A program made the position numbers and the translations under genes. Under the pieces are notes generated by a model. The model did no database searches. It was given only the letters and a program-made list of their open reading frames with translations, and was not told where the DNA came from. Positions 27,243 through 37,137 of a stretch of DNA of 64,000 nt are shown piece by piece; position 1 is the stretch's first letter, and every line of letters starts with the position of its first letter. The stretch is from an uncultured delta proteobacterium (GTDB lineage Bacteria > Desulfobacterota > Binatia > Binatales > Binataceae): positions 128,001 through 192,000 of the forward strand of contig CAWJET010000002.1 of the NCBI GenBank assembly GCA_963842085.1, written 5' to 3'.

Positions 27243-28517
27243 TTAGCGGCCGCCGAGATACGCGAAGTCGCCGTGTTGATTTACCGTCAGGGTGCCGGTG
27301 AAGATCGATGGATGCTTCTGCGCGCGCGTCGCGATTCGGTAAATGAATTCCGAGTCGCCGACCTCGAAGAACGCATCGTCAGGCGATAGTACGTAAAGCT
27401 TTTCGTGATCGTCGGAATCGGTGGCGCCAACGAACATAGCGCCGGAAGCCGTCAGCACCGGGTCGCCCAGCGACTCCAGTTCGGTGCCGAAGGGAGTCAG
27501 CTGTCCGCGCTCGATCCGCAGATCGAGGCGCTGCCGGCTAAGGCGAAAGATGGCGGGTATGCGCGCGCATCCGGCGAGCACCGCGGTCGTCCCGTCAGCC
27601 ATCAAACCCGGCCGCCCGGCCGACAGATACGTCACCGGGCCGATGGAAGTTAAAGTGCCGGTTGGCAGTATCCGGGCCGTCGAACCGCCGCTGTACAGGA
27701 ACAGCGCCGCACCGCTGGGTGTCTTGGCCGTGAACGCGACCATTATCCCAAGCGGAGTTGGCAGCGCGGCCGGCAGTCCGAACGGGCGCTGATAGAGCGT
27801 GTGATTAGGTCCGTAGTCGCCTTCGACCGCAAGCTCGGTAACGCCGCGGGCAGGGGAAGCAAGCAGGAGCGCCTGACGATGTCCAGCAGGTTTCGCGCTG
27901 TCGCCGAGAAACCCGGTGAAGGCGACCTGACCGTCGTCGCCCATTTGCTCGCTGCCGAAGCTAAGCACTGCGATCTCGTGCCCTTCGTTGGTTTTGTCAC
28001 CGGCCTTCACCATGCAAGTGAGCTTGCCGCCAGAATAAAAGAACAGCGCATCGCGGCCGTGCGGCACCGCTGAAATGAAGGCAATATCTTCCTCCATATC
28101 CGCGACGGGATAGGGATCACCCTTGAAGGACGGCGTGCAATCGCCGGTCAGGGCCTTGGGGTTGAGGGCGGCGATAATGCGATGGCTCGGTACGGCGTCG
28201 GCGTTGCCGATGAAAATATTCCAGCGGGGTTTGATATTGGCGTCTTTGGGTTGCGTCTCGGCGCCAAAGATCACGCGTCCATCCGGCATCATCGACGGCA
28301 CGCCGACTTCGGTTACTACGCCGCCGCCGGGGGCCGGCATTCCAATTCCAGTGATCAGCATGGGTACGCCGTTGCTGTCGCTGGCATAGACTGCCTGCGT
28401 ATTGTCCATCTGCAAATCTGCACTGCTTCCGTTGAGCGTCAGCGAAACCGCGTGCGCGCTTAACGGGGTCAGGAGCAGAAGCGCGAACGCAGATGGCAAC
28501 AGCCTGAAATTAAACAT
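27243..28517 (-). CDS. Secreted beta-propeller-like protein with NxxGxxAF-type repeats
   Basis: Signal peptide ending AHA; repeats MPDGRVIF, GDDGQVAF, TASGAMF, NQHGDFAY. Confidence 0.6.
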   Translation of the reverse strand: MFNFRLLPSAFALLLLTPLSAHAVSLTLNGSSADLQMDNTQAVYASDSNGVPMLITGIGMPAPGGGVVTEVGVPSMMPDGRVIFGAETQPKDANIKPRWNIFIGNADAVPSHRIIAALNPKALTGDCTPSFKGDPYPVADMEEDIAFISAVPHGRDALFFYSGGKLTCMVKAGDKTNEGHEIAVLSFGSEQMGDDGQVAFTGFLGDSAKPAGHRQALLLASPARGVTELAVEGDYGPNHTLYQRPFGLPAALPTPLGIMVAFTAKTPSGAALFLYSGGSTARILPTGTLTSIGPVTYLSAGRPGLMADGTTAVLAGCARIPAIFRLSRQRLDLRIERGQLTPFGTELESLGDPVLTASGAMFVGATDSDDHEKLYVLSPDDAFFEVGDSEFIYRIATRAQKHPSIFTGTLTVNQHGDFAYLGGR

Positions 28518-28634
28518 TTTTCCTAAAGCCACAAATGAGCAACTCGAATTTGAGATCCCCCAAAAACTTATAGTCGCCTGAGCTCACCTGATGCAATGCA
28601 AAGAAAGAGCCATCTCCCGACGGTGTGGTCAGCG

Positions 28635-29090
28635 TCAGAACGCGATTGAATCCAACATCGCATGCATTCGCGCCGGGTGCGTCTCGGGCCAGTAAATCCG
28701 GCCGCATCCTCCGCACTCGGCAAATCGATCATGGCTGGCAAAGACGTAAGGCGGCACGCGGCGCGAGACCAGTTCACGCGCAACCGGCGTCAGCACGACG
28801 TTGCATCGCGAGCATCGCGTGAGCGCGATCGCTCGCGGGTCGAGACCGAAGCGTCCGACAACCTCGCGCAACTGGCTTCTGATAGCGTTGCCCTCGACGA
28901 AAAAGACATCGGGCGCGGTTCGCAGGCGTTTGTCGCGCGTAACCAGGACCCTGTTGTCCGCACGAGCAATCTTCAGAAGGTCGGCGCCGGTAAGCGAGGC
29001 GTCCGCAATGACGTCCGCACCGAGCAATCGCAGCCATCGCGCCAATCGCAGCAGCATCCGGTCAACGGCGAGTCGGGGAGTTTTATCCAT
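28635..29090 (-). CDS. Mut7-C RNase (PIN-like) domain protein with Zn ribbon
   Basis: D.ML.RLARWLR.LG.D, RVLVTRD, RCSRCN...CGGCGRIYW. Confidence 0.85.
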   Translation of the reverse strand: MDKTPRLAVDRMLLRLARWLRLLGADVIADASLTGADLLKIARADNRVLVTRDKRLRTAPDVFFVEGNAIRSQLREVVGRFGLDPRAIALTRCSRCNVVLTPVARELVSRRVPPYVFASHDRFAECGGCGRIYWPETHPARMHAMLDSIAF

Positions 29091-29176
29091 CGCGATGGAT
29101 TGTAGTATACCACCGTTCGACGAAACCGCAGTTGGCAAAAATATAAAGCGACGGTTTAAGTTTCGAGGAACGTGCG

Positions 29177-29799
29177 ATGGAGGAAACTCAGGTCTCGTTT
29201 CGATCCGGCGACTTGACCCTGGAAGGTCTGCTTGCCAATCCCGGCGGCAACGCGCCCGCGGCCGTGGTCTGTCATCCGCATCCGCTCTATGGCGGCTCGA
29301 TGTCCAACAACGTGGTCGATGCGATCCTCGCGGCGATGTGGCAAGCCGGATATGCGACCTTGCGCTTCAACTTTCGCGGCGTCGGCGCCAGCGAGGGTGA
29401 GCATGACGGCGGTCCCGGCGAAGTCGATGATGCGGTCGCGGCGATGGCGTTTATCCTCGCGCAGCCCGGCGTGCGCAAAGAGGGTGCCGTGATGGCGGGA
29501 TATTCGTTCGGCGCGATGGTCGCGGTGAGCGCGGGGTACGAACGCGCGGAGATCGCGCGAATCGTGCCGTCGCGCTGCCGCTTGCGATGGCTGACGCGCG
29601 CATTCCTGATGGCGCATCGAAGCCCGTACTGCTGGTTTCGGGCGATCACGATTCGTACTCGCCCGCGGCGGGGCTGCAAGCGCTCAAGTCGAAGATCGGT
29701 GACTCGGCGCGACTCGAGTTCGTCGCCGGCGCGGATCATTTCTTTGGCGGCCGCGAAGCGGAGCTGTCGCGCGCGGTCGCCGCCACACTGGCAGCCTAG
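29177..29799 (+). pseudogene. Alpha/beta hydrolase, frameshifted near 29566
   Basis: CHPHPLYGGSM.N, RFNFRGVGASEG, GYSFG in one frame; GDHD and ADHFF in the next frame (ORF 29587..29799). Confidence 0.75.
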
Positions 29800-30896
29800 C
29801 GGCTGGCGGAAATCGCGGGAGCCCCGCGGGTCGCTTGCCAGATGGCGTAGAAAGGATCGTCGCGATGCGCCTTGGCGAGCGAAATGATCTGCGCGATGGT
29901 CGCGCGCAAGTCGCCGTGATTGATCCGATCGAGCGCGGCGAAGTTGTCGAGCTCGTGAAAGTAGATCAGGTAATTCACCATCACGGCGTTGTTCAGCGGC
30001 TGCTTGTCGAGGTCGAAGCGCTCGAGTCCCGATAGCGACGGCGCCAGCGCGGCGTAGTCGGCTTTGATCGCAACGAAGGCGGCCCCGCGCCGCTGGTCGA
30101 GCTCCTCTTTCGGCAGATTCGCCGTATAAATCCGGAGCAGTCGCGCCTGCTCCTGGAGCAGAAAGCGCGCAAATTTCATGTCGCTCTCCAGGATGCCGCG
30201 CGCCGCAATCGTCGTGGGCGCGGACTCGCCGTCGGTCGCCGCAAAAAAAGCGACCGCGCCCGCACTGCCGACGTAGTTGGCGGCCGATTCGTCGAACATC
30301 GCGTCGCCGGCCAGGTAGTATGTGCGATGGAATAGTTCGTGAATCAGCACGCCGGCCAGTTCGACGCGGTCCAGCTTGAGCAGATTCGTCAGCAGCGGGT
30401 CGGCGAAAAATCCGAGACTCGAAAACGCGACCGACGGCCGCACCATCGTGTCGAGTCCTTGCGCCCCGAGCGCTGCCGCCTCGGCCATCGCATCGCTCTG
30501 GTCGAAATAGCCGCGATAGGGAACGCTGCCGACAATTGGGAACCACCAGGTGTACGGCTTAAGCGAGTCGCGCGGCGCCGCCATCACGACATACACGACC
30601 GCGTTCTGATCCACGGGGGCAATGCTTTCATACGCACCACCGACATTCTCGCCGAGTTTTTCGTCGGCGAACTTGCGCACCGCGAGCACGGTCTCGAGCT
30701 TCGCGCGAACGTCGGCCGGAAGATCGGCACGCGCCAGCTCGTCGTCGATCGGCTTGCGGTTCCACAGGATGCGGCCTTCCTCGTACGCGGCACGCGCGAT
30801 GTAACATCCGCCCAGGAGAATCGGTGCGAAGATTATCGCCGTAAGGCGCAGCAGGTATCTCGCGCGAAGTTGTGTCCGCACCGGCCGCCGCGTCAT
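29796..30896 (-). CDS. Putative Zn aminopeptidase lipoprotein (DUF2265-like)
   Basis: LLGGC lipobox, WWFPIVGSVPYRGYF, AFSSLGFFADP, HELFH (HExxH), FDESAA. Confidence 0.82.
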   Translation of the reverse strand: MTRRPVRTQLRARYLLRLTAIIFAPILLGGCYIARAAYEEGRILWNRKPIDDELARADLPADVRAKLETVLAVRKFADEKLGENVGGAYESIAPVDQNAVVYVVMAAPRDSLKPYTWWFPIVGSVPYRGYFDQSDAMAEAAALGAQGLDTMVRPSVAFSSLGFFADPLLTNLLKLDRVELAGVLIHELFHRTYYLAGDAMFDESAANYVGSAGAVAFFAATDGESAPTTIAARGILESDMKFARFLLQEQARLLRIYTANLPKEELDQRRGAAFVAIKADYAALAPSLSGLERFDLDKQPLNNAVMVNYLIYFHELDNFAALDRINHGDLRATIAQIISLAKAHRDDPFYAIWQATRGAPAISASR

Positions 30897-30921
30897 GACA
30901 GACACTTCTGCACGGGCGGCG

Positions 30922-32757
30922 TCAGCCGGCGACAAGGCGGTCGCTGTTTGCCATCGCGGCGTACTGCAGTTCGAAGAGCCGGTAGTAAAGTCCGCGCTGG
31001 GCGAGCAGTTCGTCATGCGTGCCGCTTTCGCGCAGCACGCCTCCGCCCAGCACCATGATCCGATCGGCGCGCTCGATGGTGGACAGCCGATGCGCGATCA
31101 CGACGGCCGTGCGCTCCGCCAGCAACTCGTTCAGCGCCAGTTGGATCAGGCGCTCGGTCTCGCTGTCCACGCTCGAAGTCGCTTCATCCATCACCAGGAT
31201 TCGCGGGTTGTACGCGAGCGCGCGCGCGAACGACAGCAGTTGGCGCTGGCCCGCCGAGAGGTTCGCGCCGCGCTCGCGAATCTGCTCGCCCAGCCCGTCG
31301 GGCAGCCGCTCGACGAATCGCAGCGCCTGCGCGCGCCGCAGCGCATCGCGCACTTCGGATTCGCTCAGATCGAGCCCGAGCTGGATATTCTCCATCACGT
31401 CGCCGGCGAACAGGAACACGTCCTGCTGCACCAGCCCGATCGTGCGGCGCAAGGCGCGCAGGTCCCACTCGCGCACGTCGATTCCATCGACCAGGATTCG
31501 TCCGCTCTGTACGTCGTAGAAGCGGTTGAGCAACTTGATGATGGTAGTTTTTCCGGAGCCGGTCGGCCCCACGATCGCAATTTTCTGCCCCGGCTCGACC
31601 GTGAAGCTCAAGTCGTTCAGTACCGGTTCGTGCGGGCGGTATTCGAAGCGGACGTGATCGAACACGATCGCCCCGCGCGAGACCGGCGGCAGCTTCGGCA
31701 TCGCGGGGCTCGACACGATGAGCGGTTCTTCCATCAACTGCTCGATTCGCTCCGCCGCCGCGAGCGCCGATTGCATTGCCGTGTACTTGTTCGAAATTTC
31801 CCGCAGCGGCATGAAGAACATCTGCGCGTACTGCATGAAACCGACGAGCGTGCCGATCGTGATCGCGCGATGGAGCGCTTCGCCGCCGCCGGCCCACAGA
31901 ATCACGCCGATCGTGATCGACGCGACCGTATCGACCGCCGCAAAAAGTCCGGTCTCGTAGATGTTTGCCATCATCTGCGCGTCGCGGCTGCGCATGTTCA
32001 GCACATCGAATTCATCGCGGCTGGTGCGCTCGCGCGTGAACAGCTGGATTACCGTCATCCCAGCCAGCGACTCCGAAAGGTACGCGTTCACCGCCGCCAG
32101 CCGCTCGCGAATCTGCCGGTACACGAGGCGCGCCCGTACCCGGAAAATGTTGATGAACAGCAACAGCGGCGGAATCGCGATCAACGCCCACAGCGCTAGA
32201 TGCGGGCTCTTGGCCCACATGATGATCACGATTCCCGTCATCGTCATCACGTCCACGAACACCGTCAGCGAGCCCGACGCGAACATGTCGTTGATCGCGT
32301 CGATATCCGTGGTCATGCGGCTGACCAGCCGGCCCACCGGCGTGCGATCGAAGAACGACATCGGCAGCCGCTCGACGTGGTTGAACACCGCCAGCCGCAA
32401 ATCCGAGAGCGAATACTGCGCGACCATCACCGTCAGGTAGAACTGTCCATAGAACGTCGCGAACTCTCCCGCGACCAGCAGCAGGTAAATCGGACCCATC
32501 GTCATCAGGCTTGCATGGCCGGTCGCCCGAAAAATCGCCGCCAGCCACGCCGGCGGAGCCACCTTATGATGAGCCAGGAACAGATCGATGATGAGCTGGA
32601 TGATGTACGGCTGGGCAAGTGCGAAGGCCGAGTTGAGCGGCATCAGGATGACGGACAGGAAGAACAGCCGCCGGTACGGACGCACGTACGTCCACACGAA
32701 CTTGAGCAGCGCGTAATCGCGCGCACGGCCGAGCTGTTTTTCCTCACCCTGCTGCAT
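30922..32757 (-). CDS. ABC exporter, fused TMD-NBD (degenerate-signature half)
   Basis: GPTGSGKT, LSAGQRQ, MDEATSSVD, IAHRLST. Confidence 0.93.
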   Translation of the reverse strand: MQQGEEKQLGRARDYALLKFVWTYVRPYRRLFFLSVILMPLNSAFALAQPYIIQLIIDLFLAHHKVAPPAWLAAIFRATGHASLMTMGPIYLLLVAGEFATFYGQFYLTVMVAQYSLSDLRLAVFNHVERLPMSFFDRTPVGRLVSRMTTDIDAINDMFASGSLTVFVDVMTMTGIVIIMWAKSPHLALWALIAIPPLLLFINIFRVRARLVYRQIRERLAAVNAYLSESLAGMTVIQLFTRERTSRDEFDVLNMRSRDAQMMANIYETGLFAAVDTVASITIGVILWAGGGEALHRAITIGTLVGFMQYAQMFFMPLREISNKYTAMQSALAAAERIEQLMEEPLIVSSPAMPKLPPVSRGAIVFDHVRFEYRPHEPVLNDLSFTVEPGQKIAIVGPTGSGKTTIIKLLNRFYDVQSGRILVDGIDVREWDLRALRRTIGLVQQDVFLFAGDVMENIQLGLDLSESEVRDALRRAQALRFVERLPDGLGEQIRERGANLSAGQRQLLSFARALAYNPRILVMDEATSSVDSETERLIQLALNELLAERTAVVIAHRLSTIERADRIMVLGGGVLRESGTHDELLAQRGLYYRLFELQYAAMANSDRLVAG

Positions 32758-32759
32758 CG

Positions 32760-34586
32760 CTAGTACCGCGCCAGTTCCTCTTCCATCAGTTGGCGATGGA
32801 ACAGTTCGGCGTAGATTCCATGACGCGCCATCAATTGCTCGTGCGTTCCGTGCTCGGCGATCTGGCCGTCTTCGAGCACGACGATCTCGTCCGAGTCGCG
32901 CACCGTGGACGCGCGATGCGCCACCACTATGGTCGTCCGTCCGCTGACCGATTTTTCCAGCCCGTCAAGCACCGACTTCTCAGTTTCGGTGTCGACGCTC
33001 GAAAGCGCGTCGTCGAGCACCACCACCACCGGCCGGTAGGTCAGCAAACGCGCGATCGTCGCACGCTGCTTCTGCCCGCCCGACAGCGACATACCGCGCT
33101 CGCCGACCACGGTGTCGAGCCCATGCGGCAGCACCGCGATGTCCGCTTCGAGGCCCGCCACGCGCGCGGCGTTTTGGATTTCATCGATGGACGCATCGGG
33201 CCGGCCGAACGCGATGTTGCGCGCGAGCGTATCGGAGAACAGGATCGGCTCCTGCGGCACCACGCCCAGCGTCTTGCGCAGCGAGCGCAGCGGCAGGTCG
33301 CGAATATCCTTGCCGTCGAGCAGCACTCGTCCGTCGGTCGGCTCGATAAGCCGCGTGAGCAGCTTTACCATCGTCGATTTTCCCGAACCGGTGCGTCCCA
33401 CGATCGCCAGTTTGCCGCCCGCCGGCACGCGCACCGTCACGTCCTTGAGCGCGTAGCGGTAATGCCCATTGATCGGGCCGCCGTTAGATTCCGCGACCGC
33501 GCCCGCCACGCCGTCGCGGATAAAATAGCTGAACGACACGTGGTCCCATTCGACCGCGCCCTGCACGTCCAGGCGCACTCCGCCCTCTTCGAGTTCGCCG
33601 GCCTGCGGCGGCGCTGAAAAAATTTCGTTCAGACGTTTCATCGCCGCCTTCGCGCGCTGATAGATCGAGATCATCCAGCCCATCGACGTCACCGGCCACG
33701 CCAGTCGCGCCAGGTAACCCATGAACGCGACCAGGTCGCCGATCTGCAAAATTCCGCGCGTCACCAGCGACCCGCCGTAAACCAGCACCACCATCACCGC
33801 GACCGTCGACGTGCCCCGAATCATCGGAAACATCGCTCCGCGCAACCGCGCCAGCGCCAGGCCGAGGTCGTTGTAGTCGTCGTTGGTTTTGCGAAACAGC
33901 GCCGACTCGTGCTCCTCCAGCGCGTACGCCTTCACCACGTGAATCCCGGCCAGGCTCTCCTGCACCTTGCCTTCAATTCCGCCGAGACCCTCCTGCACGC
34001 GCAGGTTGCGCACCATCAGCGAACGTGAGAGCCGCTTGATTCCGATGAGCAGCAGCACGTACGGCGCCAGCACCGCCAGCGTCAGTCTCAGGCTCACGTG
34101 CAGCATGAAGATGAGCGCGAAGGTGAGAGTCGCCGGCGCGTCGGCAAACGTCACCACGCCCATGCCGACCATCATCCGCACTGCGGTCAAGTCGTTGACC
34201 AGCCGCGACATCAGGTCGCCGACCTTGTGCTTGTCGTAAAAGTCGCCGCCGAGATGGGTCAGGTGGACGAACAGATCGTTACGCAAGTCGTACTCGATAT
34301 CGCGCCCAGTGTTGAAAATCGTGAACCGCGAAAGCCATCTCGCGAAGCCGCCCAAAAGCGCCACGCCGCAGAGCATCAACACTATCCGGTTGAGCGACTC
34401 CTGCGCGGGCAGCCCGAGCTTTGCCAGCGGGCCGAAGGTCTGCGCGTGATGGGCCTGGACGGCGCTTATCGCGGCGCCGCTCAGATATGCGACCGTCATC
34501 CCGCACGCCGACGCGACCAGCGTGCACAGCATTCCGAGTCCGTACCAGGTCCAATACCGGCGTACGTAGAAGAACAGTCGTTTCAT
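32760..34586 (-). CDS. ABC exporter, fused TMD-NBD (MdlA-like partner)
   Basis: GRTGSGKS, LSGGQKQR, LDDALSSVD (non-catalytic D), AHR. Confidence 0.93.
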   Translation of the reverse strand: MKRLFFYVRRYWTWYGLGMLCTLVASACGMTVAYLSGAAISAVQAHHAQTFGPLAKLGLPAQESLNRIVLMLCGVALLGGFARWLSRFTIFNTGRDIEYDLRNDLFVHLTHLGGDFYDKHKVGDLMSRLVNDLTAVRMMVGMGVVTFADAPATLTFALIFMLHVSLRLTLAVLAPYVLLLIGIKRLSRSLMVRNLRVQEGLGGIEGKVQESLAGIHVVKAYALEEHESALFRKTNDDYNDLGLALARLRGAMFPMIRGTSTVAVMVVLVYGGSLVTRGILQIGDLVAFMGYLARLAWPVTSMGWMISIYQRAKAAMKRLNEIFSAPPQAGELEEGGVRLDVQGAVEWDHVSFSYFIRDGVAGAVAESNGGPINGHYRYALKDVTVRVPAGGKLAIVGRTGSGKSTMVKLLTRLIEPTDGRVLLDGKDIRDLPLRSLRKTLGVVPQEPILFSDTLARNIAFGRPDASIDEIQNAARVAGLEADIAVLPHGLDTVVGERGMSLSGGQKQRATIARLLTYRPVVVVLDDALSSVDTETEKSVLDGLEKSVSGRTTIVVAHRASTVRDSDEIVVLEDGQIAEHGTHEQLMARHGIYAELFHRQLMEEELARY

Positions 34587-34670
34587 GGGCTGTCGGTTAA
34601 ATTATCAGGTCTGCGGCGCGATAGAAGTGGCTGTCCGCCGAAGTTTCAACCGCTTCGGCCCGCTGGCGGC

Positions 34671-35432
34671 TTACAAGCCGGTGCGCGATTTCAGCCGGCG
34701 CTCGTAGAGCTTCGCGTATTTGAGAAATACGTAGAACGCCGCCGTCATCGCCGCGTACAATCCGCGTCCGCCGTCGCGAAACCCGCCGCGGAGAATATAG
34801 AAGTTGAAAAAACGCCACGCCGGATTCGCTATCATCTTAAATGGCGTGAGTGCGTTCGGCTCCTGCTCCATCGCCGCCCGCGAGCTGAACCGGTTAATGG
34901 TCGCCACGTGATCGGCGATGTCGCGGTAGCTGAAATGCAGAATCGGCTGGTCGAGCCGCTCGATTCGTCCCTCGACTACGACCTTGTCATGCGGATCGCG
35001 GCCGCCGATGTGCCCGCGCTCGCGCCGGAAGAACCGCACCGGCGTGTCGGGGTAAATTGCGTGCGAGTAGTAATGCCCCAGGTGGTACAGGATGCGCCGA
35101 ATCCGGTAGCCGTCCGCTGCGGCCGGCGACGACACCACGCGCAGAATTTCCTCGCCAAGGTCGTGCGTCGCCTGCTCGTCCGCGTCCATCAGCAGCACCC
35201 AGTCGCCGGTCGCGCGATCGAGCGCCGTCTGCTTCTGCTTCACGTAGTTGGTGAACTCATGCTGCACGACGTCGGCGCCAAGGCCGCGCGCGATCTCGAC
35301 TGTCTTGTCGGTCGAAAACGAATCGATGATGATTTTCTCGTCGCAGAACCACGCGCTCTTCAGGCACTGGCCGATCAGCGCCTCTTCGTCGCGCGTAATC
35401 GTGATCAGCGAAATCTTTGGCCGCTCTGACAT
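34671..35432 (-). CDS. GT2 glycosyltransferase (WaaE/KdtX-like)
   Basis: DEE..I..CL.S, DSFSTD.T, WVLLMDADE, HFSYRD, GGFRDG..G. Confidence 0.85.
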   Translation of the reverse strand: MSERPKISLITITRDEEALIGQCLKSAWFCDEKIIIDSFSTDKTVEIARGLGADVVQHEFTNYVKQKQTALDRATGDWVLLMDADEQATHDLGEEILRVVSSPAAADGYRIRRILYHLGHYYSHAIYPDTPVRFFRRERGHIGGRDPHDKVVVEGRIERLDQPILHFSYRDIADHVATINRFSSRAAMEQEPNALTPFKMIANPAWRFFNFYILRGGFRDGGRGLYAAMTAAFYVFLKYAKLYERRLKSRTGL

Positions 35433-35435
35433 CGG

Positions 35436-35908
35436 CTAAGTGGGGAATTTAATGCCTGCTGCCGCCCATTTTTTTGCTGGTGTAGGGAACACCGTGGATC
35501 GACCGAGTTCGTTTAACTTCTGATCCTCCTCAAGCGTGATTACAGCAAGTTCGTAAATCGCTCAACTAACTTGTTCATCGTCTCGGTGTTCAATTGATGT
35601 CTTTTCTCGAGTTCGCGAATCTTGCGCGCGAACCCGCGTCGCGGCATACCGTGCTCTACTCGAAAATAATCTCTTGGTTTAGCATCCGGCTTCGCGTCTA
35701 GTAAATTTCTTGCTTTAATTGACCATAATTTAACCTGATTTACGTTGTTAGGCCCCGTCTTCTTTAATTTTTTCAATTTTGCGTACTTATCGGCGAATAA
35801 TTCTAACGTTCTGATTGCTAGGTTTTCTCTTACACCAGCATGAATCATCTCATTAACATGACGGCATGCGAGTTTTAGTTGATCAATCGTAATGGAATTT
35901 TTAGACAT
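35436..35908 (-). pseudogene. AT-rich ORFan with EHxxP...ITxEEDxxL...AGI motif, frameshifted near 35556
   Basis: MSKNSIT...RVEHGMPR...LVERF, then YELAVITLEEDQKLNELGRSTVFPTPAKKWAAAGIKFPT* in a shifted frame. Confidence 0.6.
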
Positions 35909-35940
35909 GGTATCCCCCCTTGGCGCGAAGGCAAAGTTAC

Positions 35941-37008
35941 CTAAGAAGCGTGCTGCGCTTGGGAACGATCGAGTCCTTCGATCACTTTCGATGCAATCGA
36001 CTTGAACGCCGCGCTTACCGGATGCGCCGGGTTGGCGGCGACGATCGGGCTCGCATGGTCTCCGCCTTCGCGCAGCTCGCGAACCAGCGGCAGCTCGCCC
36101 AGGAACGGCACGTTGAGCGAATGCGCTAGCGCGGCACCGCCGCCGTGCGCGAAAATTTCGTGGCGACGGTTGCACTTGCGGCACACGTAGTAGCTCATGT
36201 TCTCGACTACGCCGAGAACAGGCACGTGAACCTCCTCGAACATCGAGACCCCGCGCTTGACGTCGAGCAGCGCGATCTCCTGCGGCGTCGTCACGATCAC
36301 GCCGCCGTCAAGCGCCACGCGCTGCGTAATCGTCAGTTGCGCGTCGCCCGTGCCGGGCGGCAGATCGAGCACCAGGCAATCCAGCTCGCCCCACTCGACG
36401 TTGAACAGAAATTCCGTCTCGAGCTTGGTGACCATCGGCCCGCGCCAGATGACTGCCGTCTCGTCGTTGATGAACAGCGCCATCGAGATGTAGCGGATGC
36501 CGTATCGTTCGAGCGGGATGATGCGCCGCTCCGGCGTGAGCGTGACCGCCTTCTCGACTCCGACCATCGTCGCCACGCTCGGCCCATACACGTCGGCGTC
36601 CATCAAGCCGACCCGCCATCCGAGCGCGTGCATTGCGAGCGCCAGGTTCACCGCGACCGTCGATTTGCCGACCCCGCCCTTGCCGCTGGCGACCGCGACA
36701 ATATGCTTGACGCCCGCGATCGTCCGGGGCTGAGGCATCCCGGCCGCGGCCCTCGGCGCAGTCTGCGCGGGCTGCTCGACCTGGACGTTGACGGCGGGCA
36801 CGCCCGGCATCGCCGCAACCGTCGTCTTCACGTCGGCCACAATTTTTTCGACGACTTCGGGTTTGGCCGACGCCATCGTCAGCGACACGGTCACGCCCGC
36901 GTACGCAACTTCGATATCCTTGATGATCCCGAACGACACGATGTCGCGGGTGAAGCCGGGGTATTTTACTTTCTTGAGTTCGGCAAGAATTTCATTTGGA
37001 CTCGGCAT
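35941..37008 (-). CDS. mrp: Mrp/ApbC Fe-S cluster carrier ATPase
   Basis: SGKGGVGKST, DADVYGPS, IWRGPM, DLPPGTGD, VENMSYYVC..C. Confidence 0.93.
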   Translation of the reverse strand: MPSPNEILAELKKVKYPGFTRDIVSFGIIKDIEVAYAGVTVSLTMASAKPEVVEKIVADVKTTVAAMPGVPAVNVQVEQPAQTAPRAAAGMPQPRTIAGVKHIVAVASGKGGVGKSTVAVNLALAMHALGWRVGLMDADVYGPSVATMVGVEKAVTLTPERRIIPLERYGIRYISMALFINDETAVIWRGPMVTKLETEFLFNVEWGELDCLVLDLPPGTGDAQLTITQRVALDGGVIVTTPQEIALLDVKRGVSMFEEVHVPVLGVVENMSYYVCRKCNRRHEIFAHGGGAALAHSLNVPFLGELPLVRELREGGDHASPIVAANPAHPVSAAFKSIASKVIEGLDRSQAQHAS

Positions 37009-37137
37009 TGGGCGGATCAGGACCTGTCGGTGGTTTCGATTAAGATGCGGGCCGCGCTATCAAAGCGTGGCGCTCATGTTATCATTCCGGAACCGCCGGA
37101 AAAAACGACGGTCGAACGCGTCGGGAGATCGATACTA

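Noticed and set aside
36145-37137. N-terminal 331 aa of the 954-aa ORF
   Set aside because: Antisense to mrp; the real gene more plausibly starts near 37138.
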